From: Phoronis australis
Lineage: Eukaryota > Animalia > Phoronida
Direction of reading: 5' to 3'
DNA length: 64,000 nt
Assembly (NCBI GenBank): GCA_002633005.1
Contig: NMRA01000143.1
Coordinates: 377,402-441,401 of the forward strand
Shown here: positions 13,044 to 24,264 of the stretch, one piece after another
Layout of the letters: every line of letters begins with the position of its first letter
Numbering within the stretch: position 1 is the stretch's first letter
Notes under the pieces: model-generated
Seen by the model: only the letters and a program-made list of their open reading frames with translations
Databases searched by the model: none
What the model was told of the DNA's origin: nothing
Made by a program: the position numbers and the translations under genes

Positions 13044-16000
13044 ATGGCATCTGTAAGCACGGAGGAATATCTACAGTGGCTACAAACGGTTACCAATCAG
13101 TTCCAGCGTCTGTCCGATGAACAGAAAAACCAGGCCCTCGATCACATGATTGGTCTGAGCAGTCCAAAGCAGCTGCACTATTTATCCGAAAATCTCAACA
13201 CCCTGCTCAAAATTGATTTCCTTAAACATTTGCCAACAGAGATGGCATTTTATCTCCTTGAGTACCTTGATGCTCAGTCACTACTGCAGTGCACCCTAGT
13301 GAGCAAGTCGTGGAACAAAACGGTCAACGACTGCGTGGACGTTTGGAAACGGATGTGCCGCAATATTGGGGCTAAGGTCACTTATGAACTCAATAATGCA
13401 AAGTCATATAAGGATCTATATCTTGCGGTCTCGTCTCAGTACAGGAGGTTAAAAAGTGGGACGGCTTTGGAAGACCTGTACTTACATGGTCATACTGACC
13501 GGGTGATGGCTGTGTATTACAGAGATGGAATATTAGCAACAGGTACAGTTGTAGTGTCTTGTCATTATGTGTAGTGTAGATACTGATAATGTTGGGACAT
13601 TTTCATACTTGGTTGTTAGATCTAGTAAGTAGAATGGTTATGATAATGTTGCCGTTTATTGACATTATTAGAGGTACACCTATCAGTTTAAGCCAAATTG
13701 TAGGAGTTTCAGACGAATCATTTCTTTTGGGTCTCTCTTACAAAGAGGGCCGTTTGTTATCACCTTTCAGTGATTATTAGTGACATTAACAATATTAAGA
13801 TGGGATACAGTAAAACTATGTGATCTTTCACTGAGTGAAAACTCCTTTGAACAAAATGGTGGTAATTACCCTGAGTTTTGCTCATTTTACTGTGAAAATC
13901 AACCAGCTCAATTGAAGGACTTCTGCAAAATGCAATCCCGTGTTTTGTTTGTTGTCTAAAAGTGCCTGAAAATCTTATTTAAAAATGGCTGCAATGAATT
14001 TGAACTGGTCTTGCCCCTAAATACATAAATTTCATTTTCAATTCTCGACTTAATCTTTTTTGAATTGCATACTTCAAGGCTCAGATGACCGCACGGTGCG
14101 ACTATGGAACTGTGAGGATGGTAGGTGCTTAAAAATCATCCAGGCTCACACAGTCGCGGATGTCAAGTTTGACGAAGAGCGCATAGTCACGGCGTCTTTC
14201 GATAACACAGCCGCCTGCTGGGACATTGAAACTGGTGCCAGGACCACACACTATCGCGGTCATATCGGTGCTGTCTTCGCCGTCGACTATGATGTCGACA
14301 TGGACATTTTGGTGACTGGATCAGTTGACTACTCCATCAAAATCTGGCTATTCTCGCAGGCAGTGCTACTTCAGTCTTTCTCTACCTATAACGCAGGCTG
14401 GGTCACTAAAGTGCTGTTGACACGCAAAGTTGCCAACTGTTCAGACTACGCCATCGTGTGTACGGACCACTCGTTCTTGTACGTGTGGCGAATCAGCTCT
14501 AAGCAACAGGTGAGGATTATGTATAGAACGTACTAGTTTAAATGGAAACTTTGTCGAACTCTTCTCTGCTCATTTTGTTTGAATGTTTTGCGTGAGTGTA
14601 AATCCAGACAGAGTATGTTTTGCAGAAATAACCTCCAATGTATGTGGCATATAACTAAAACCTGTTTAATGTTAATATTTGTAAATTTAAATGACGCTCA
14701 AACTTAAATGTTTCATATTTCATCAAAACTTAAACAAGCATCAGAATTTAAATTTCTGGGCTTTCTGACCAAAAAATCTACATTTAGTGTTGTGGCTTAT
14801 TGACTAGAGGTACGGCGTAAGTGATTTACTATTCACTATGGTTGGCTGATGATGAATGAGTCGCTTATAAAAATAGATTGACATCTGGAAGGTGTTCACC
14901 AGGTGTATGTCGTTACCTGAATGCATGAATTGATACAGGCAGGTATGTTGTTTCGCCACAGCCACCTGTTGAGTTTTGGGCTCCCAACTGTGTATGGCTA
15001 TTAATAGGACTGGTATATGTTAAGAACAAGGTAAAAATTCTTAAGTTCGGGACACAATATTGTAGACAGGTGAAATTTCATTTAGTCATTTTTTTCGCCA
15101 AAAATAACTTTTCAAGAAAACTTACTTTGCTTTTAGCATGGTTCGTAACTATTACCAAACTACATTTTTGGTAAAATTTTGAGCATTTGTAACAATGTGG
15201 TAAGCCATTGAAAATTTGAAATATGGCAATTTTAGCAACTATTTCCATCCCAAATTGAAGATTTTTTGCACTACATGTACCTGACAAATTGTGGTGAATC
15301 AGCTATCATCACTTATGTTGATTCATGGGTTCTGTACTCACTAGACAGGCTTTGGCAGGTAGAAGGGGAAAACGGGATTTGCCAGCAAAAGTTGCCACAT
15401 GTTTATTGACCAAAACATTACTTTCACATTTCACAAATGCTCTTCATGGGATTTTGTAGAGAGGCAGACTTTGAAGGCTAAAATTTCCTCTATGGTGAAA
15501 CTTCGTTATGACGTCTGGTATACAGCAATAATCAAATATAACATACCCACATTTTGAGAGCCAGTGCTTTCATTCAATGGAGAAAACTGATTCACAAAAT
15601 GCGGGCCAGTTACATCTGACTATTACGTGGTATACAATGTTCTCTAAGACTTGCTTAAATATTACTCTTCATTTTCAAGTCTCAAACCAACTACTGTCAA
15701 GTCAATTTGTTGACAACAAACCTTTTAGACAGTCTAAGGAAGATTAATTGTAATGCAATTTGACTTTATAGGGCACAGATTTGTTCCAAATTTTGACTGT
15801 CTGGTGCCGTAGGTTCTTCAATGGGAACTACGGAATTTCATCAAAATCTTCAAAGACTTTTGCAAATAGAGAGTGAAGAAGCAAAAGTTGAAATAAAGAT
15901 TAAATAATAATTGCCAGCATGAGATAAAATGTGAATTAGATCCAATATAAAACTGGCGAATGCTGATCCTCTTGTCTTGGTGGGAATATATCTGGCCAAT

Positions 16001-19000
16001 TCCTAGGACCTAGGAGGGCATAGAGACAACAATGTTATTGAGCTAAACAGAGTGAAAAACAGTTTTAAATATGGCATGTAAAATTGTGATGAAATGTTGA
16101 GATTTTTATCGTTACATTGTAACCATTCATTTGGATGTACAGTACATACCAAAGTGATCAGACAAAATTGTCTTTCCTCTTCTTAACTAGTTACTCCAGC
16201 TGGTGTGCTGCACTTCACTCGGCCACCACAGAGGAGAATTGTTGTTGTGTTAAGCCATCATGACAAGGAATTCTATTTTTTCAGATCGTTTTAACATGTG
16301 CTGCTAAGTATTTTAAGATGTGTTTCCATCGGTAACAATGTTTGCTATTATTGTTATAAGGTACAGGAGTTCACCTGTTGGCCGGCTGCCAAGACGTCTT
16401 TCATACCATGCCTGCAGTTTCGCGACAGCGAGGTCTGCAGCTGTACCTATGATGAAAACAGAGGTCGCTACTATCTGCAGCGACGGACACTCAACATCCC
16501 TAGCAAGTTTACGTGTGCACCAATCAGCTACAATATCCAAACGTCTTCCAGTATTCAAATGTTGTTAGGCGTGGGCACCAGACTGGGTGTGTTTATGTCA
16601 GAGTGCAAAGGTTATAACCTCGATGTTCTCGACTTTGACAAGAATCAGTGCATCGCCTCAATACCTCTGCCCGACTGCAGGTATTAAATAATTAGTAACT
16701 TTTAAGGCGTAGGGTTTGTCATGTGTTGTGAACAAACTTTGATTCTGAGTGGGCAATAATATTATTATCTTCTCAGTGAAAACTTTTCGTTAGGTCCAGC
16801 CTCATTATCAATTTGTTATGCATCCACATTTTTGTGCATAAATTATGCATTGAACACGTCACACTTTTTGTTATTGTTGTTCTTTGTTTCGTTTCTCTCA
16901 TACTTCTGGAACAGTGATCGACATCTCAAAAACACGAAATCAAAAATCAGCTGTCAAGAAATGTGGAGAGCACGTTAATTATTCGGTACATTGAGCATGA
17001 TGCGGAGCTATTGAAAACCTTGGAGTACTGTACCTTTTATTGGCTTTTGAAAAACCAATTTTGAACGAGCAGCTAGTTTGCGTGACCTTCCTGTTACCAC
17101 CTCTGCAAGTCATACTTTGCAATGTTTGTACCTCTGGGAACATCACTAGTGTAGTAGTCTACTTTGTGCTGGTATTACTGCATCATTTAATATCAATAGA
17201 GAATGAAACAGGTGTGTTTCGAAATATCGTGAGTGATTTTGCTGATGTCTTCTGGACAACTGTTGTTCCACTGCCCTGTGGAATGTTGGTCACTGTTTGG
17301 GAAGTATGAGAGAAATAAAATGCATGTCATGAATAATGGAAAGTGTCATTTGTTCAACTGATTTTGCGTCTCAGAAAATGTGTTACCCATTAGGCAAGGA
17401 CTGTAAATAATATCATGTATATGTGGCATCATCCTCGTCCGGCTTCCACTGCTGTATCTCCAAAACCCCTTGATGGATACTCATGGAATTTTGCATGCAT
17501 GTTCATGTCATGGATGGAAAAACATAAGTTAAATTGGGACAGACCTAACAGCTGGTGTAAAATTTAGTTAATGTTTATGTCTTTCTTGTCTTCGGAGTTC
17601 CTTGAAGGAGCTACCTGAATTACCTTATGCGAGTGGGCTCACAGAAGATGTTGGGCACAATTCCTCTCCCCATAGGTACACCCACTGACGATAAGATGAA
17701 GGGTATTGGGGTGATGTTTCCCGTAGTGAGCTGATTGTGAAATCTTCTTCTTTTTTCGGTGGCTGGAAGCTGACTGGCTAAAGGGAACCTCTAGTCATAA
17801 AAGGCGAAGCCCTTGTTATATTCGTCCAGCTGTTCTGTTGTGCGGAGCACAATATTGTGGTGTCCAATCAGCTTGGCATCAGGTGCATAAAACTTCAGTG
17901 TCACTGGTATCACAGCCTGGCTGGTGAGCTGGTCTGCTTGCTCATTCACAAAAATACCTTGAAGCAGCATTCACTTGTCTGTCATCACCCGTCATCATGA
18001 TATGAACCATCTCATCCAGCCTCTAATTGCGTAATCACAGCCAAAGCCCCTGTTTTTGGAAGAACCAACTCCCGCGTCCTGCTGCTGCATCTCGTAAATG
18101 CCTTGCAGGATCTTACGGAAATTTGGCAGATGTGTTCCTATGAAGCTGACGGCATATGACGTTCAGGCCGATCGGACTACAGCTCTGCCTCCATGTAGCA
18201 ATTTTAGTTCTTTACATTTACTGCTGTATCTTTGGAGTTCTTGGATGGATTTTCATAAAATTTGACAAATAGGTTTTAAATAATGAGGCAACAATGCTTT
18301 TAAAATTTCAGAAGGACTTGACGTATTTTGTGCCATCTGGTGACCATTTAGCTAATGAACTCTTTGCAAGAACTTTGTTAAATTTGGCAAGTGTATTTTT
18401 ATGAAAGTGGTAATGACTGGCGACAACTTTTGGACAGATCTGACTACAGCTGTGCCCCCTAGTGGCAATTTTTGTTTTTTAAGTGTTCCTCGGTATCTTT
18501 GGAGTTCCTGGATGGATTTTCATGAAATATGCCAAATAGGTAAAGATACAAGATCACCATTTTATTTTCAGGTGGATTGGACATATTGTAGGCCACCTAA
18601 TGGTCATTTTCAGGTGGATACTATATGCCACCTAGTGGTCATTTTCAGGTGGATTTGACATATTGTATGCCATCTAGTGGTCATTTTTATTATTTTTGTT
18701 ATGGGTGTCATCATGCAGTTTGGGTCAGAGGGGAATGGGTTGGTCTAAAGATTGACAGGTGAACAATGTGAGCAGTTTAAATCAATGAAAGGGTTCAAAG
18801 GTAGAGGCTCTGTGAATATATTTTGATTTATTAAGAGGAACATAATTTACAGTTGGGTTTTGAGAAACCAATATATGTGAGTTTCTGTCCCGGTGCTCTC
18901 TGTATTCCGTTGCACCAAAGTTTGCATTTGGTCTTTCAGGCCCACCAAACGTGGCTCAACGTTCACTCTCGGGGAACGTGACTGGCTAGACGGACTAGAT

Positions 19001-19123
19001 GGTACCAACCACCAGGGGGTTGTGTTCGCCGCCAGTCTACGTGATCACAGTATTTATGTACTCAAGTGGAAAACTCCAAAGTTGTGTGCCCGTTATTTTC
19101 ACGAGCGGCCAGTGCTTGTATGA
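13044..19123 (+). CDS. FBXW2: F-box/WD repeat-containing protein 2
   Basis: Exons 13044-13542, 14079-14509, 16361-16680 and 18940-19123 are phase-consistent GT-AG. They encode an F-box (DFLKHLPTEMAFYLLEYLD..VSKSWN) and WD40 repeats (GHTDRV..ATGSDDRTVRLW, TASFDNTAACWD, TGSVDYSIKIW). The N-terminus (QKNQALDHMIGLSSPKQLHYLSENL) and C-terminus (KRGSTFTLGERDWLDGLDGTNHQGVVFAASLRDHSI) are FBXW2-specific as recalled. Confidence 0.95.
18225..18690 (+). repeat. Internally repetitive element with five GCCACCTAGTGG-type motifs
   Basis: Duplicated TATCTTTGGAGTTC(T/C)TGGATGGATTTTCAT and TTTTCAGGTGGAT blocks, with motifs at 18331, 18453, 18591, 18626 and 18668. Confidence 0.7.
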
Positions 19124-19764
19124 TGAACAGTGGAATGTTGTTATGACATGTAGTTATTCATTAGCACTAATTCAGGTCATTAGAATGCCATTTGATTTGT
19201 TTTACTGAAGCACCATTGAGTCAACTGGTGGTCTTTGATGTGACCTATCTACACTTCATCACACGTATTTCAAAAGTAGTTGTTTTGCATCCAGCAACTG
19301 TCTTAAAATCTCAGTGCTCTCACCTTCACCTTTTCTGAGGTAAAGCCACAAAGTTTAGAATTATGACAGTTATGAAATGTTCTCAACTTGAGCACTAGTA
19401 GCGACATCTGTTGACACATCACAAGCACTACTGGAGGTGATTTTTGTTCCTGATAAGAACTGGTTGTTTAATAAACGGAAATTCAGTAAGATGGAGGTTC
19501 ATGTTGGTGCTTATTGTCTTTTTCATAAAATTACAGACATGTTCCTGTGAATGTAAATGTTGCAAAAATATTGTGGTGACTAATATAATATAGATGAATA
19601 AATAAAGCACCATTTGATTTGTTATGCATGGCAGTCTTTGTGTTACTCGGTGTACAAGGGAATGCAAAGATTTGTGGTGAAAGGCTTGTCACTAATTGTT
19701 TACTCATTGGACAGACGTGGGACTTGTCAATCAGTGATTATTGCGCAGGTGACGACTATGTGTT

Positions 19765-20575
19765 CATAGGCGGATTTAGGGGGGGNNNNNNNNNNNNNNN
19801 NNNNNNNNNNNNNNNNNNNNNNNNNNNNNNNNNNNNNNNNNNNNNNNNNNNNNNNNNNNNNNNNNNNNNNNNNNNNNNNNNNNNNNNNNNNNNNNNNTTA
19901 CTTCATTTTTTAAAGAAAATGGAACCTGAGTGACGATGAAAAAACAGAAGCTGCTGGTAAGATGTGAATTTTAATGGAAGCCTTAGTGAATCACTCAGAA
20001 ACTCGCAATACTCTCTTTGTCAAACCTTATCTTAAGACGGTTTCCAAAGCAATCCCGCCATTATTGCCAACACGAAAAATGGATTTGGTCTTTTGGGCAT
20101 TTGAAGACTATTTCAAATACGACAAATTTGTTAAGAATTGATGGCACAAAATATAAAGCGTGTAATAAGCATTACAAAAAGAAGTAGGTTTCGCGCGCAA
20201 ACGCGGTGACCCATAAACAAGTAAGTCTTTTAGTATGAGAGCAGTAGTTAAATCGTGGTGGTGTAGTGGTAACGCACGCGCGCTCTATCCGCCAGGTCGT
20301 GTGTTCGAGTCTTTGAGACGTGTAGTTTTTTCCTGTTTGACACGTTCTCCGTGTTTTTTTTTTTGCCTTTCTTTCTTGGATAATACTTCAGAAATCAAGG
20401 AAAATGCTTGAATTTTTGGGGTAAAAACAGAAAAATTTCCTGGGCGGGAGGGGGGTTTGCCCCCCTCCCCCCATTGGGTGCTATGCGCATCTACAATCGT
20501 GGTTCAGTTTGCGCAAATGCTTCCAGCCGGACAAAATGTTGGCCCCCCCCTTGTGATATCCTAGATCCGCCACTG
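19765..20575. mobile_element. Non-autonomous DNA transposon (CA..TG termini, 5-bp TSD, hAT-like), spanning a gap
   Basis: Termini CATAGGCGGATTTAGG / CCTAGATCCGCCACTG and a GTGTT direct repeat at 19760-19764 and 20576-20580. A second, inverted, partial copy is at 56172-56425. Confidence 0.85.
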
Positions 20576-22133
20576 GTGTTGGTGTAACAGGATGCTTGTG
20601 TTTGGCCACGCAATAATATGAAATACAGGTCTGAAGAAGAATGGCATAGGGGTTCATGTATTAAACTAGGTGACTGTGAAAGAAAGTCTACATCTTCAGT
20701 GTGGTGATCAGCTCGCCGAGCACATCTGCAGAACTGAGAAAATTATAGACTACAAAAATAATGTAACACGGCTTTATGAAATGCTAACTTTCAACCGAGG
20801 TAATCAATGAAACAGGTGCTATTTTGCAGTCGCGTGATACACCCTTGTGAACGGGGAGTCTTATTTCAAAGGGGATATCTTTTTCAGTCGTGGACGTTAA
20901 ACGAATTTACCGCGGGGCAGGAGACGACAGAAATAATCAACCAAAATAGGCGCAGTTATACATCTAGTATATTAAGGTCCTTTTCATTTCCCGAACAACG
21001 AGGTTATGTACAATTCCCGTGGGGTAAACTTAATTATTTCTTACAAGATACGTACTGCCAGTCTTTAAGGAGTCAGTTCAAAAAAATTACCAGAGCAGTA
21101 AAAGCATCCAGACATCTTTATTCTCTACGAATGAACAAGTAAATTTTGCCACCGTGAAAGGCATTACTTGATAAGAATTAATCACCTTCCGAAAATATAA
21201 AATCTCTTGGGGCGGTAAGACTCAATTTCCCACACGATACGTATACTTTACACCGTACACTGTATGCCGCGGGTTCCCGCTGTAACAGTATGAACTAAGG
21301 TGCATTATTGCGAGGCCATACCTCAGAAAATGTCCAATTCGGCTAACTTTGGAACATGATATCTCCAAAATGGATTAGTTAAATTCACGTGAAACTTTCA
21401 GATCGGAGTGTTTTATGCATAGTTATGAATTTCCTTTTAAAACGATCATTTTTGCATGAGGGGTCATCCTCTTTATCGAGTCATTTGCATAAAATGACAA
21501 AAAGGATAACTTAGAAGACTGTTATAGCGTTTTCAAGATTTTATGTTGAAAATTTATGTTAATCTAAATTTGTTCTTGTTAGTGAACCGTTTTGTTTTTG
21601 TTTTTGCTGTGAATATATCTTTCCTTTTTGCTGTCAGACTGGTGTAAATTCAAAAATCGAATTCTGCAGGCTTTCTAATTTTAGACCATGACTAAATTAG
21701 CACTTTTACCGAGTGAACTTTACAGCTTTGTAGATATTTGTCTGAGTGATTATCCAGCTGATTTCTATTAAGTGCCAACTGACACAAAAAGTTCGAAATG
21801 CGAGAAAACATACTCAGTTTACAACATTAACTGACAACGAGGTATTAAGATGAAAATGTTAATTGTTTATACACAACACATCCAGTATGATTGTATTTTA
21901 TTTCCTAGTCAGCAAGGTCACCGTGGTATACTTTTCTTTTTCAACTACACCGTCATCCACCCGCACAACATAAAACAGATAAATAATTTAAAAAATGGGA
22001 CAGTAATTAGTTGTCATAACAGAGGAAATTTATTGAAAACAAGTCACGAGGCATTTTTATAGTACTTTTCACCCAAAACAGAGGTGCCATTTCGCAGTCT
22101 GGCCTAACATTCTTCGACGGGAATACAGTAACC

Positions 22134-22159
22134 CATAGACATCACGCCACATGTCTATG
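22134..22159. mobile_element. 26-bp micro-MITE or transposon remnant
   Basis: CATAGACAT-cacgccac-ATGTCTATG, a perfect 9-bp inverted repeat, flanked by a perfect 8-bp direct repeat CAGTAACC (22126-22133 and 22160-22167). Confidence 0.75.
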
Positions 22160-22629
22160 CAGTAACCATTCACGGATTACTAGACAGGAAATTTGACTCT
22201 CACGTTTTAAAAAGACTAATAGGTGACGCTCTCAGTACAGATAACATAGTAAGACAAAACTATTTTTTTTGTGCTGGTCAATTTTATCCCCAAATTTAAA
22301 TATTTCTGTAGTAACAGTAAAAATTTTTAAATGAAATTTTATTATTTAACGTTCTTGTGATTTAAAACTTAGTGTTATGTTTTTTTATTAATACTCTATT
22401 CTTTTGAAAAATAGAACATTCGTTGTTTAACTAAAATGGCGACATCCAAGTCCAAAGCAACTGAGGCAGAGGTATGTGTAAGTTTTGTACCACAAAGATA
22501 TGATTATGTGAAATATCCTGCTTTGATCTCTGCAAAGTAGGATTATGTAGTATTCCCAAAAAGCTCTCACTCTGACTTTTTCTGAGATGAGTAAACGTCT
22601 TTTGTAAAATTGTAACAACTACCTACACA

Positions 22630-23201
22630 TAGGGAGGACAACGTTTTTTATTTTTTTTTTACAATACCCATGTGTCATACATTTTTGAAAAGCCCTTGGT
22701 GTGAGAAATGAAATGGTGCAAAAATCAGAAAAATTGGATGAGCGGTTGACGAGAAAATGGCCGTTGAAGTGCGACGTTTATGCGCAAAATATCTGCCTTT
22801 TTACATAATTTCGTAAAAAATAAAAGAATACACATGTGCTGCATATAAAAAGATTCGACTCATTGAGACAAACATGGTGGTGTGTATTATATAAAATTTG
22901 GATCGATTTCCACAGAGATATTGCTGTTTAAGTGTGTTGTTATAGCATGAACAGGCTCATCATGTTTGATGAAAACAATGGATTACACAGCTTAAAAGGT
23001 AAAGAGCAAAGACACCACATCAGCTCAGAAATAAATACATCTGAGCTAGGAGGAAATTTCACATCAAATCACAAGATCACATTGGTGGATTTGGGGGGGC
23101 AAGGGGGCCTAGCTGGCCCGTGGCCCTCCTAAAACTTCATTTGGCAGTTTGAGGGTGCAAATATCTTACGGGTAAAATCCTGCATAATATTCTGCCCTGC
23201 C
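22630..23201 (+). mobile_element. Non-autonomous DNA transposon with TAGGGA terminus, running into a gap
   Basis: Closely matches 52619-53190 over about 570 bp. Confidence 0.85.
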
Positions 23202-24264
23202 NNNNNNNNNNNNNNNNNNNNNNNNNNNNNNNNNNNNNNNNNNNNNNNNNNNNNNNNNNNNNNNNNNNNNNNNNNNNNNNNNNNNNNNNNNNNNNNNNNN
23301 NNNNNNNNNNNNNNNNNNNNNNNNNNNNNNNNNNNNNNNNNNNNNNNNNNNNNNNNNNNNNNNNNNNNNNNNNNNNNNNNNNNNNNNNNNNNNNNNNNNN
23401 NNNNNNNNNNNNNNNNNNNNNNNNNNNNNNNNNNNNNNNNNNNNNNNNNNNNNNNNNNNNNNNNNNNNNNNNNNNNNNNNNNNNNNNNNNNNNNNNNNNN
23501 NNNNNNNNNNNNNNNNNNNNNNNNNNNNNNNNNNNNNNNNNNNNNNNNNNNNNNNNNNNNNNNNNNNNNNNNNNNNNNNNNNNNNNNNNNNNNNNNNNNN
23601 NNNNNNNNNNNNNNNNNNNNNNNNNNNNNNNNNNNNNNNNNNNNNNNNNNNNNNNNNNNNNNNNNNNNNNNNNNNNNNNNNNNNNNNNNNNNNNNNNNNN
23701 NNNNNNNNNNNNNNNNNNNNNNNNNNNNNNNNNNNNNNNNNNNNNNNNNNNNNNNNNNNNNNNNNNNNNNNNNNNNNNNNNNNNNNNNNNNNNNNNNNNN
23801 NNNNGAAACGACTTGGCGCCATCATCAGATTTCATTTTATGAATAATTTTGTTGTGAATGGACCTGTGTTCTAGCAGCATATATGTCAAAACACTCGAGC
23901 TGAAATTTGGCTACAAGGTGCCCGCGGCCATTACGTGGTTAGTCAGTTTTCCGTGGTGTGGCATATGGGGAAACATGGTGTCCGATATTTAGGTTCTCCG
24001 AAGGTTTGCTAGTTGTGTTTTTTAAAGATCAGTCGGAACATAAATGTGGCTTTCAGTGACAAGATATAGTAACAGAACAATTCAGTGAAGGTAAGTCTTT
24101 ATTTCAGCAAGGAATTTACAACAATCCGTAGTATTTTCAATTAAATATAAGGCAAAAAGGTTCCAAAACGTCCGATAATTAGGTCACTTGACTGTATGTT
24201 AACCATGAATTTCGCATCATGAGTAAATGGGTTATGCCTCTACTGGGCTCTTGCAACTTTGTAG

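Noticed and set aside
17600-18180. GC-richer intronic stretch that might be a nested gene or retroelement ORF
   Set aside because: No sustained ORF or recognisable protein motif on either strand, so it is left unclassified.
23137-23889. Long ORFs of 250 and 219 aa in the ORF track
   Set aside because: Artefacts of translating through an N gap.
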